Assembly: GCA_029717555.1 (NCBI GenBank)
Contig: JAMDHS010000128.1
Span: 1 to 42,127 of the forward strand
Source of the DNA: Peribolospora baueri
Taxonomy: Eukaryota
DNA length: 42,127 nucleotides
Direction of reading: 5' to 3'
The position numbers and the translations under genes were made by a program. How positions within the stretch are numbered: the stretch's first letter is position 1; every line of letters begins with the position of its first letter. The notes under the pieces were generated by a model. The model was not told where the DNA came from. It made no database searches and saw only the letters and a program-made list of their open reading frames with translations. Of the stretch, positions 1 through 11,320 are shown in pieces.

Positions 1-350
1 GGGCCCGCTGACCTCCTCGCCCTTCGTCCCTATCTCCTTCTCAACGTAGTAGCGCAACCAGCTTTTTACCTTACTCAGACCGAGACCTTGCCCCATAGTC
101 AAGCGTCTTCGCAACATCTCCATTCGTCCACGGGAAGGGCCCGCTGACCTCCTCGCCCTTCGTCCCTATCTCCTTCTCAACGTAGTAGCGCAACCAGCTT
201 TTTACCTTACTCAGACCGAGACCTTGCCCCATAGTCAAGCGTCTTCGCAACATCTCCATTCGTTCACCGGAAGGGCCCGCTGACCTCCTCGCCCTTCGTC
301 CCTCTCTCCTTCTTAACGCAGTAACGCCAACCGGCTTTTTACCTTACTCA
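1..350. repeat. Tandem repeat with a 136-bp unit (two near-identical copies plus a diverged partial third), truncated by the window edge
   Basis: GGGCCCGCTGACCTCCTCGCCCTTCGTCC recurs at 1, 137 and 273 (period 136). The third copy diverges progressively and similarity fades by about 350-375. Confidence 0.95.
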
Positions 351-621
351 GGCCGCGTGGACTCTGGCCCATACGGCACATTGCACCTCTCTCTCTCTTG
401 CTTAGCGCGCGCGACCAGCAAACGCCGGCCGATCCTTGTTTCACGCACACGGCCTCTGCTGACTGTCGTGCTTGTCGAGCTCGACTTATAAGCGCTCCTC
501 ATGGCCGCCTCTTCCCGGGAGCTGGTGTTCGCTTTTTTGTCGTCTGTACAGACAATAAGCTCGTCCGACGGCTCTCTCTCTCGCGCTCCCGTTCTAACCA
601 AAGAAGCAAAACTCCACCGCC

Positions 622-1535
622 ATGAAGGTCGCCACTCTTTTGGGCCCCGTCCTCCTCGCCCTCACCGTCGCCGCATACCCTCTCCACCAGGATTCCGGTT
701 CTGCCATCGTCCAAGCCCGCAATGCTGCCGACAACGAGTACAACGACTTTGTAGCCTGGCGTCTCGGTCGCCGCGGCTTTGACAAGCACGAGATAGACGC
801 CGAGCTTCAGAAGCGCCCGTTCCCGCCTTGGGGAGGCCTAACCGGCATTGCAGGCCTAACCGGCGTTGGTAAGTAACGATGCGGCCGAGTCGAGTCGCGT
901 CGCATCTTGTCTCGTCCTCGTCTCGTTACTCCGCTCTTCCTTTTTCGCCTTCTCCCTCCTACTCATACCTTCTTTTTTTCACTGCTCTATTTTCTCTTTC
1001 AGGTAACGCTGCCGCCCAGCAGGCGGCCAATGGCGGTATGGGAGGCGCTGGCGGACAAGGTGTCAACACGGCCACCGGTGGTGGGCTATTCGGGGGCGGC
1101 GGCACTGCCGTGTGAGCTGGCCTGTTTGTCGCGGCCGGCCGTCCACGCACTCATGCTGGCTCACCGCGTCGCCTTCTATCCACATCCCGCCGTCCCTTCC
1201 TTCTTTTCTTCTACGCAGCGGAGGCAATGGAGGACTCGGAGGTGCTGGCGGCGGAGGCGGAACGAAGTGCGTGCCGCGCCTATCCGATTCTATCGTACCA
1301 GTTTGCACAGCAAAGCACGGCACAACACAGCTTAGCTCAGCACGGGACTGCTCCCGCTCTTGCTCCTGCTCTTGCTTCCTTCCGTCGAGCAAACACGCTG
1401 ATTATTCTGTCTTTGGCCTTTCCATGCTTTTTTTCTTCTTTTCTTTTCACCCATACCATCTTATCCGAACCCCTGACCGACCGTCATGCCAGCGTCAACC
1501 AGGGCGGCGGCAACATTGCTCCCCCCAAAGATTAA
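622..1535 (+). CDS. Small secreted glycine-rich protein with signal peptide and dibasic (RR, KR) processing sites; about 4 exons
   Basis: Signal peptide MKVATLLGPVLLALTVAAYP. Phase-consistent introns GTAAGT(869)..CAG(1002), GTGAGC(1112)..CAG(1218) and GTGCGT..CAG join to ...LQKRPFPPWGGLTGIAGLTGVGNAAAQQAANGGMGGAGGQG...NVNQGGGNIAPPKD*. Confidence 0.8.
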
Positions 1536-1772
1536 GAATGCCTCTCGCTGGGCGGCATCGTCCCCTCATCCGGCCGTTTTCCGTCGCTTCATCGTTTCCC
1601 CATTCCGCTGCCAAGGTCCACTTCACCTTCGTGCCCTTCCCTTGTAGCGTTCTCCTTCCGCCTGAGCGGCGGCTGCGAAAGATCAATCAAATTCCGGCAA
1701 GAAACGAAGACATGTTGCGTGATAATAACGTTGCCAGACAAAAGTGTCCCAAACGGGACAGGTATCTATTCC

Positions 1773-3736
1773 CTACCATCTCGTCACGTCTTCTACCTCT
1801 CCAAACGTACTTTCCTTCTTCATCTCCTCCTGTTCGACCTCCTTATCATCCAACAGCCTCCCCTCATCACCAAAGTAGCCCTTATCGGCCAACCTCTCCT
1901 TCAAGAAGCCAGTGACGAGCCCGTCGATCTGCTCAAACTCGAGCAGGAACCCGTCGTGTCCGTCCGGGCTGGCTATCGTCGCCAGCGTGGAACCTGGAAT
2001 GAGAGAGTGAAGAAGCGTCTGTTCCGGTGGCGCAAAGAGGCCGTCCGACTCTACACTGATGATCAGCGTTCCGCCGGAGCAGAGCGGCTCGGGGAGAAGC
2101 GAGAGGGCGGAGCGGAGGGAGGCGATGTCGTCCTCGTCCTCGTCGTCCGACCATCCGTCCTCTTCCTCTCCCTCTCCCACACCCTCCGCACCTTGTTCTC
2201 GTCTCCGCCCTCGACCCCTTCCGAGATCATGCTGGTCCATCTTGCGAGTAAGGTGCAAGTAGCAGTTGGCGTCGAAGCGAGACACGAACTTGTCCCCCTG
2301 GTAGCGTAGGTAGGACTGCGCCGAGAAGATGGACGCGGGAGGCACGGACGGAGCGTAGGGAGGCGGTGTAGGCTTCTTTTCCGAATCGTTCGGCTGAGGA
2401 GTGGACTGGTCGATAGTAGAGACGCACAGTGCGGGTGTCCGCGTGGGTGCCGAGTCGATCGTGGCTGACGGAGGTGCCGGCGCGGTTGCGCTTCCCGCCA
2501 GGCCACCTGAAGACGTAGCGCTGATAGTTCCCGCAGCGCCGTCTTCATTGGCCTTTGCAGCAGCGTTAAAGACCGACTCGCTCGTTCCGTTCGCCTTTGG
2601 TGGCTCCTTCTGCTTGCCCTTGTTCTTATCCTCCACCACCCCGTTCTTCTTCGCCATCTTTCCCGCTTTCCTCCTTGCAAAACGGCTCTCAAAGCTCCAC
2701 CTGCTCCGGTACGTCAATAACGCCGCCATTCTAGCCGCCGCCAGGCCTCCCTTGGGCGGGTTGTCTAAATCGTAATGTCCGTCTGCGAAGAGTGGATCGG
2801 AATAGATCGATTGGCGCTGGGCCTCAGACCATGAGATGCACCAAGCGCTGTGTCGGGCGCAGGTGGCGATGGGGATGAGCGCGTGGATATAAGGTTCGCG
2901 CGAAGAGGTGCTGGCATAGGGGAAGCACAAAGGCCATTCGAGGACCGCCATGCCACCCATGGAGCCGCCGATCACGGCCGCCAGCGAAGCCACCCCGAGG
3001 TGATCAAGGATGAGCTTGTGGATCCTGCAGATGGGTGACGAATGAAAAAGGAAGAGAAGAAAAAAAGACAAATGCACAAATGAGTAACTATGAGAAGGGA
3101 GGATTGCCACAGCGAGACTGGCGGATCACCTACCGGACATCGTCCCGCACGCTGGTCGCCGGAAAATCAGAGCTCCATCGTTTGCCCGTGGCCGGGTTGA
3201 CGGTGACGGGCGAGGCGGAGCCGTATGGAGATCCGAGGACATTAGCACAGAAGATGAAGAATCGAGTCGGATCGAAGGCGCGGGACGGCCCTAGCAATGG
3301 GCCCCACCTGAACGGTCAAGTAATTCATGAGCATGAATGAATGCATAGCGATAAGGGCGTCTGTATTCCACTCTACATCGCACCGCCTAGGTGGAACAAC
3401 TCACCAATCCTGTACGTCCGCACTTCCGGTGAGAGCGTGACAGACGACGAGCACATTGTCCCTGCGCTCATTGAGCTTGCCCCAGGTCTTGTATGCGACC
3501 GGAACGTCAGTGAGCGTGACTCCGCTCTCGAGGGTGAAAGAGGGGATGACATAGATGGATTGCGAGGCGATGAGCCTGGCAAAGGGGGAAGTAAGACCTG
3601 CGGGCGCTCAACAGGTGGGGTGCGGGAGAATGTCCCGGGACAGAACGAATAGCAGGGGGAGCGCACAAGGTCAGCTCAGCACCAGTTTCGGGTGACACGT
3701 GAAAACGAGCAGCCTTCTCTTACCGTTGGCTTCCAT
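1773..3736 (-). CDS. MET2: Homoserine O-acetyltransferase (alpha/beta hydrolase fold)
   Basis: Nucleophile motif GGSMGGM, plus HSAWCISWSEAQRQSIYSDP, SAQSYLRYQGDKFVSRFDANCY and SPDGHDGFLLEFEQI. Upstream exons encode CHALTGSADV and NVLGSPYGSASPVT. Probable start ATG GAA GCC AAC G|GTAAG at 3736. Confidence 0.95.
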
Positions 3737-3924
3737 CGCCTTACTATCTTTCCAGCGTGAGGTTCAAAGCCGCCACAGAGTGACTGAGTGTGCTCTGGAT
3801 TACTTTTCCCACCTGCTGGCTTGGCCAAAGCGCCTTCTGGTCCGTGCGCTACTTCAGAAGGGAGTGGGTTTTCAAGAAGAACAGACGAGCTCAGTGACTG
3901 CCTCGTTCGACTTTTTTGAGTTAT

Positions 3925-3933
3925 GTCACGTGA
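3925..3933. promoter_or_regulatory. GTCACGTGA E-box (Cbf1/CDEI-type) about 190 bp upstream of MET2
   Basis: Exact motif in the MET2 upstream region; function inferred from yeast MET promoters. Confidence 0.35.
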
Positions 3934-4219
3934 TTTCGATCAAAGCACGCCTTTTTCACGGGGCTTTCTATCACCACCGATGGGCACGTTCCTAGCTTGA
4001 TGGAAGGTGGTGAGAAGCGAAGTGATCAGTCAAGTCGCTGGAAAACGACGTCCCCCAACTCGATCTCGCCTGGAGATGGCCGGCATTCACAGCTCGCAGC
4101 TCGGACTAAGACCATGCGTAAGGTGTAAGAGCGCACAATGTGCTCGCGGCCGGTTGGCCTCACCAATTTGACTTCGAGATCGCTATGTGGCCTAGGCGAC
4201 AAACGCCTTACCTACAGTA

Positions 4220-7200
4220 CTACCGCCAACACTCCTCCCTCTTCCTCAAAACCTCCCTTACCTCCTTCCTATTGAGACACCTAACGCCCACGGCGTCCAT
4301 CACCCTCGCGTACTCGCTATCCTCGGATCCCTCCCCGAAGTGGCCATCATCATCAAATGCCAATGCCATCACCTTGCTAAAGCTTGGCCTGTCTCGTCCG
4401 TCCCCCGCCGACGAAGGCTCGGAGGCAGAGGCTAGAGCGGGAGGGAGGGAGAGCAAAGCACAAGCATCGCGCATCCTCCTCCACTGTCTCTCTGGGAACC
4501 TTCCCAATGCCCCTGGCCTGCCAGAACGCTCTGTGGCCTGCACGGCACAGGCCTCCCATCCCTCCCTTACCTGCTGCGCCAGGCGCAGGCCTCCGAGCTC
4601 GTTCCAACTGTTCCGCCCTGAGCGGAGGACCAGCCGGTCGAAGATGTAAGTGTCCAGGGAAGAGACGATAGAGCGGAAGAGGTGTAGGAGGAGGGGGGGA
4701 GGAAGCAGGGTAACAAGCGTGGTAAGGTGGGTCGAGAGGTGGGAAAGCGCTGGGACGAGGGACGGTGGGAGGATGGTGGTCGTCGTATCTGTGTACAGAG
4801 ACGGGTGCCAGTCGCTACGGGGCGCGGGGTCGGATAAAGGAGGGAGACGAACGGGGTATGAGCCTCAATGCAGCCCGCTCTTGAAATTCGCCCATTTAAT
4901 AAACTTTCCACCTTACCTATTATTGATCCACTCCCGAGCCTTTTCCGTCGTCTCGCCAACCACCAACCTAACCATCATTGCCTCCGCCCTTTCCGCCACG
5001 CGCTTGTACGCGGTCTGTAGTTCAGCGAAAACGCTTCCTTCGATTACCAGCTGGCTCTGCTCCCCAACTTTTGATCCCTCCCGCACGCCTGAGCGCGGTG
5101 TGACTGGCCTTCCCACGCCGCCATCGCCGCCGGACGACGAGCGAGCCAAGCCCGCAGAGGTTGCAGCATGGTTCAAAGCAGCAGAAGCCTTTGCATGAAG
5201 CTGTGTACGCCTTAGCAGCGAGGCGAATGAACCCAGATCCGCGTCCTGGTCTGGATCATCTTCGCGCGTCGCCGTCAGAGAAGTAGTGTTGGAATTAGAG
5301 ATAGCAGAGAAGGCGGTGGATGGAGAGGCTTGGATGTCTGCCCAGAGCTCGACGAAGAACTGAAGGGTGAGGGAACGTAAGCCGTGTGCCAGACACGCGA
5401 GCAAGAAAAGTCAGTTGATCAGCACGGTCGAAGGCTGATAGGAACGGATGGAGGTAAGGACGCTGACTCACCGGCTCATCAGCCCAAGCGGCCAACGTAT
5501 CACCAATCCACCTAGCGCTACCCCCTGCCTTCCAAAGTCTACCCAACCCTCTCACTCCTCTCACCATATCCGAGCCTCCATTCGCGCTGGCATCCTGCTG
5601 GATAGCTCCAGGCACGGCGCGCATAAGGACCGAACTTAGGCTTTCGAACGCGTCGAGCGAAGAGGAGAGGCGCTGAAGGTATGCAGACAGGAGGGGCAGC
5701 TGGATGACGGAGATGAAGCGAAGCTTGTGCGTGAGCGAAGGTAAAGGAGAATACCGCATCGTGACGCCTTGGACAAGGTCGGCGAGGCGGGTGGCAGAGT
5801 TTGTCGGGTGGAGCGCGGTAGAAACATCCTCGTTTATTGTCCAAGCTGATTGGTCGAGGAGGATCTGGTTGTACTGATCCTCAGCAACTAGCGAGATGCA
5901 GGCGTATGGACAAAATGTGAGCCGATCGTGACCGGTGAGTGGCGTGCAAATCCTTTGGGTGGGACTAGTCGGTGATAAAAGCACAAACAACTCACATCGA
6001 TGCTCCCCCTCCAACCATTGAGTGAACCACCCCTCCTTCCCCAACAGTACGGTCGCCAAGCCCCTCCACTGCCCTCTCTCCCTCTCTTTCAAACCTTCGT
6101 CTCCGTGCTGGACGTCACCTGACTTTATCGCTGAAGACAGACCAACGCCGTATTTCTCTCGAATCGCCTCGTCATAAACGAGTGCTTGGTAGATCGTATG
6201 TGCTAACAATGGTGGATGGGGTATCAATGCGGGAACGGAGCGTCGTAACTTTCGGATGAGAGGTTGGAGGAGATGATGAAAAAAATCGTGCTGAAAAAGA
6301 AGAAATTCATTGGGGAGGAAAACAGTCAAGAGAAGAGTAAAATTAGAGACGAACAGAACATGATTGTTCTCACCAGAGCATTGGAGCCTCTGAGACCAAA
6401 TTCGTCCAGAAGGTTTTGTACTTGGGTTGTTAAGAAGACCTCGTGCGCGTGGAGAAGGTTAAGCATATGTGTCATATACCATTCGGGCTATCAGATGCCG
6501 GACAAAATGCAAGCAGAAAAGTCAACAAATCAGCTCTCGGGCATCAATCAGGTCCACATCTCCTCTTTACTGACCTTGTCAATCCTGTTCGTCCCCTTCT
6601 TGCCATCAAAGTGATAGCGGAAGCGGAGGATGAGAGGTTGAGCCAGAGCTCCGATCGCAAGCGACGGTGCATACGCCTCGGAACCAGGCTCCGGGCATTG
6701 GGCTTGTTGAGGTCGGGCAGGTAGGAGGGATAGCTCTTCCGCTCTGCATGGACGACGAGAAAAAGATGAGCTCCAGTAAAAACATGGGCTGTAAACCGTC
6801 GCTTTGGACATGCGCTCACCTCCTCTGTGCCAAGCATATCTTCCGCCATGACTCTTTCAGCGCTCGGCCTTGATCGCTTGTAAAGTCGATCGGCAGCTCG
6901 AGTTTCGTCGGCCATCCGAGATCGTCCAGTCGCTTCTCGAGGTCACTGAAGTTTAAATGGGCAGCGAGAAAGAGAGGGAAAACATTCATATAGAGTGATA
7001 AAGAGCATTCAGTAAATGAGCTCTGTCCCGCGCACAGAACCAAGGACAAAAGGGGCAGGAAAACACTCACCTCGCAAGGAAGGCCTTGACCGCAGCCCAC
7101 GTCTCATCTCGAACCGACCGTGTAAACAAAAGGGCATAGGCTCCTCCGCCTACCGACTCCGAACCAGCTCCCGACACGAACTCAGGCAGCAAGGATTCTG

Positions 7201-8024
7201 AGTTCCCTGAGGGGATACCACAGGCAGTTTGGATGGAATTTACGAGGGAGCACAGCTCGGAAAGGGACGACAATGCCGACGAGAGGGATTTAGGAAGCTC
7301 TTCCCGGACAGCGAGACTGGTGTATTAATAAGGCCGAAGTGAGCACGCTACCTGATTGTGTATCCGTTTGGATGTCTCCGGTCTAAGACTCCTGTGCTCA
7401 CCTCAGCTCCTCCGCCCTAGCGAGGACGGAGTAATACGCCCTGGCCCTTTCCAGCTCTTCTAGCTCCAAATTCATCGCTTCCAGATCCTCCAGAAGTGTC
7501 CTTCTCTGTCCCTTGCCCTTGCCTTCAGCTGCTACTTCATCCCCCGCTGCCAGAGCACCCGAAAAACGCACACCTGAGACGAGTTCCTCGCAGAGATCTA
7601 TCAGCTCGTCCTCCAGCTCTGCATATTGCGTTCCTTGGATCTGATGCACCTCCGAGAGGAGCGTCCGCACAGATGAGAGGCTCGTCAGGAGAGCTGTACG
7701 TGTCGTTTCGGTAGAAGTTGCGAGCTGTGAAATTCATCGCGACCAGGTGAGTTGAAAGAACCAAGCAGACCTCAATCCCAGACCACATACCTCTGCCTCC
7801 AAAGCCGCATTATCCTCCCCTCTTTCCAAGACCTCGCCCTGCAAAGCAGCCGCGAGACTCCCCTTCTTTCCCGCCTCGAGCTCCTGACGCTTCCAGTCCA
7901 CATAGACCTGATCGAGATATGCGAGTGCGCGCGCTCTGCGGTCTGCGCAAGTCGGAGGAGAAAGAAGGGATTGGATCGTTTGCGGAGTGAGGTCCGGGGT
8001 TGGTAGGAATGAGCTGCTCGCCAT
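4220..8024 (-). CDS. TIP20: RINT-1/TIP20 family protein (Dsl1/NRZ ER-Golgi tethering complex), multi-exon
   Basis: Family-typical LAQPLILRFRYHFDGKKGTNRIDK, LLAHTIYQALVYDEAIR and RFISVIQLPLLSAYLQRLSSSLDAFE. Start MASSSFLPTPD at 8024; ends REVLRKREECWR*. Confidence 0.85.
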
Positions 8025-8248
8025 CGTTGATGTCGTCTCGCCGACGTCGGCCTGTGGATATCATCATCACGAGTCCAACCTTCGAGCGTGGCCTGTGCTC
8101 CTGGACCGCGCTGGTAACCCTACTTTTCTTCCCCACGTGGCTACCGATCACGCTGAACATATCCGGGGAACATTAACCGCTGTCCGACCACGACCATCCC
8201 GTCCGGGTCTGGTCTGTCCCACGAGCATCGCAAGGCAGCATTCGCGCA

Positions 8249-10090
8249 ATGGCGTCTCCAAGGCCGTCTTCAACATCGCAAGACGTTTTGGGTGCTTCTT
8301 CCACTCCTCCGACCGCCTCCTCCGTAACTCCAGGTCCTTCTCGTTTGCTTGCCGACCAGTTGTCCCCTCCACCGGGTGGAAGCCTCGCAGGCGCTGGAAC
8401 CGAGGACTCGGAGCATGCGGCGCCATTTGGCAGAGGACACAAAGGGAATGCTAAAAGGTATCGCTTTGCATGGGCTGGGCAGCCTGAGATCAGTGAGTGT
8501 TGTGTCGCCGCGCCTCAGCTTGCCATCTGAGCCGTTGCTGCTGGATGCTTTCTGTGTCGACTCATGGTGTGTACCTTTCGCCTCGACAGTCCGAGCTGAT
8601 CAGAAGGATCAGTACTACCTCACTCTTCTACGAGAACAAGTTGAGGATGTTTTGCGGGCGATTATGGGTACGTGATCAGACGCTTCCTTGGTATGCACCG
8701 GATTCTCACTGTTGGGGTCGGCAGAACCGCTCACCACTTAACTTCGCACACTCCATGCGCCAGGAACCCGATGGCTTCAGACCCGAGCGAGGGAGATCGA
8801 CCTGCTCTCTCACTTATCTTACTTTGCTTTGACTACCTTGCTTGGAATGCAGACGTTGGGGGAGGAGTACGTCTCGGTGATGCAGTGGGCAGATAGAAAG
8901 GGCAAGTTGCCAGGGAGGAAGGTAAGCTATTTCTATTTATTGCGCAACGATACTTTTGACTCATCTGTTCACGCCGGTTTCATGTTGTTTCCCCTTAATG
9001 TAATGCTGTTCTGTCTACACAGCGCCGAGCTATGCTAGTCACTCTGCAGATCTTGGCTCCATACTCTTTAGCACGATTATACACCCACATCCGCACATCA
9101 CTGCAACGTTCATCCCAGGATGCAGTCATACAGGCCCAAGAGAGCAGAAGGACGGGTACGGTTCTTTTCGATCCCTCCCCTTCGCCTTCCTCTTCCCAGG
9201 CAACCCTCCAACGCCAGCCCTGGAAAGCTGCCAAAGCCCGTCTTGCATCTGCTCTTCCCCCACTTTCCGACCTCCTCTCTCCAACGGGTCCTATTGCTCT
9301 TTTATCGGCTGCGCATCTCGCGCTCTTCTACATCCGCGGCAGGTACCACGACTTGTCTCACCGCTTTGCAGGAGTCAGATACATAACCACTGCCCGGCGA
9401 CCACGTGGCGAAGCGGGGAAGGGCGAGGAGCGAGGTGGAGAGTATGCTGTTTTAGGCTGGTTACTTGGTGCGCAGTTGGTGGTCACGGTTGGGAGGAGCC
9501 TGATGAGGATGAGGAGAGAGAGGAAGGAGAAAAAGAATGCGGTGGAAGCAGCCGAGGAGGCGCTTCTTCGAGGAGCGGGAGAAATCCCCCAGGGAGAGGC
9601 AGAGAGTTCGGGACACAAGGGAGAGAAGGACAAGGAAGACGACCAGTCCGCCATCTTTCTTGACGACGTAAAATGGACGCACGCCACGTCTCCTCCGACG
9701 TCTCTCTCAACGCCTCCGCAACCCGCATCTCTCCCTTGCCCCTCCTCGACTATCCCACTAGCCTACCCGCCTCTCACCTCGCCAGCCGAGGCGACAATCC
9801 GAGACCAGACGCTCCGCTGCACGCTCTGTCTCTCTGAACGCGTGCCGCAAGATGGTGCTAGTGCCGTTACGGAGTGTGGTCATGTGTTTGATTGGGAATG
9901 CATTGTCGGATGGGGAAGGGGGAAGGTGAGTTGCACGTGCGAGGGAAAGATATCGACCGCGGCAGCGAGCTGAGAAGAATTTTGTTGACTCCATCTTTTG
10001 GCCTTCGTTGTGCCGGCCGCGAAGGCCGAGTGCCCATTATGCAGACAGGCGCTCAATCTGTCTCGCATCGTCCCGGTTTACAACTTCTGA
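8249..10090 (+). CDS. PEX10: Peroxin 10, RING-finger peroxisomal E3 ligase, multi-exon
   Basis: Pex2/Pex12 N-domain motifs AGQPEI..RADQKDQYY, TTLLGMQTLGEEYV and HLALFYIRGRYHDLSHRFAGVRY. C-terminal RING CTLC..ECGHVFDWEC..ECPLCRQ; stop TGA at 10088-10090. Confidence 0.9.
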
Positions 10091-10406
10091 GGCAGCAGTC
10101 TTTCCACCTACAGCCCAGCTATTCGACCACACCCATGTGATTGACGTGCCAATGTGGTCTCTCAACGCCGAGAGCACCGAAGCTTTCCGAGTCTCTTACC
10201 GCCGTCGAGCGAGGCGTTTGACCTCTGTACTAGTCCTTCCGCCAGAGCGACGACGGAGAGAGAGTTTCTGACATTGGAGTAGATTTGCACGCGTAATATA
10301 TGTACAGCGGGGACGCCCAACCAAGAAAACGCGCCGCCAGCGCTCCGTTCACGGAATTCAGACGAGCTTGCTTACCCCCCCTTGCTCGTGTGCCACCCTT
10401 CTTACA

Positions 10407-11010
10407 TCAAGCAAGAGGATCAGCGCTCTCCACCCTCGCCGCCTTGACCGCCGGATCCCTACTAGCGCCGAGCATGGCCGCGTGCGTTTTTAGCATCTCG
10501 ACCTCCCTCTTGAGCTCGGTGATGCTTTTGGCGTGCTCGGCCAGTTGTGCGTCTTGCGTGTCCGAGGAGTGTTTCAGCGCAGTGTAGATCTTGTTGAGAG
10601 GGTGGTCCGGCTTGGGAGAGGGCACGGGAGACGGACGAGAAGGGTTGGCTTCAGTTGGCAGTACGGTCCAAGAGGACGAGAACCGAGCCTCCAGTGCGAT
10701 ACGACGACGAGACGGACGACTTCGGCCGGGGACTCACATCTTCCGGTAGAGGCTTAGGCTTGAGCTGAAGCCACGGGTCGTCCTTCTCTTTCTTCTTCTC
10801 CTCCTCTGACTTCCGCTGTTCCTTCTCTTCGGTCTCCTTCTCCTCCGCTTTCTCTCCCTCACCTCCCGGAGTCCCTGTCGGTCGGGTCGTGACGAAGGTC
10901 GCTCCGGCGCGAGCGAACTGCGACGGAACTGTCGCTGTTCGATGCTGCGCTGAGCAGAGCGCGGGGATGCGGCCGAAGGGGCGGCGGACTGCGCGGGTGG
11001 TGGCGGACAT
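10407..11010 (-). CDS. Hypothetical small protein with mitochondrial-presequence-like N-terminus and short coiled coil; 2 exons
   Basis: Arg-rich, acid-free N-terminus MSATTRAVRRPFGRIPALCS. An intron GTGAGT..AAG joins KPKPLPED in frame to PDHPLNKIYTALKHSSDTQDAQLAEHAKSITELKREVEMLK. Confidence 0.6.
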
Positions 11011-11320
11011 GGTGAGCAACTTGTTAGGGAGGCCCTCTTTGTTTGGCCTTGATGTTCCGGGGGTTCCGAGAGGCGATGATCGTCAAAAGAACACTGCCGC
11101 CGACATCAGACCTGGCGATTGTGTCTATGCAGAATGAGATGCTTTGATCCTCTGCAACATGTACAAGTACTCGTGCATGCTCGGACGGCGCGGTACAAGC
11201 GATGACGAAAGGAACAGCAGCGCAAGAGCGGACAGATGGAAGATCACTAAGCGAGCAACCATTCGACGCAACCAAGGAAAGCAGCCATGGGTGGTCGAGC
11301 AGCAAGAGCAGTCTGGTCGA

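Noticed and set aside
1..350. CRISPR array, 5S rRNA or other structural RNA array
   Set aside because: Units are identical along their whole length with no unique spacers, the context is eukaryotic, and I recognise no 5S, tRNA or snRNA motifs.
2340..2680. Extra domain inserted in MET2
   Set aside because: Low-complexity Ala/Pro/Ser/Lys linker at a position where fungal Met2 proteins commonly carry variable insertions.
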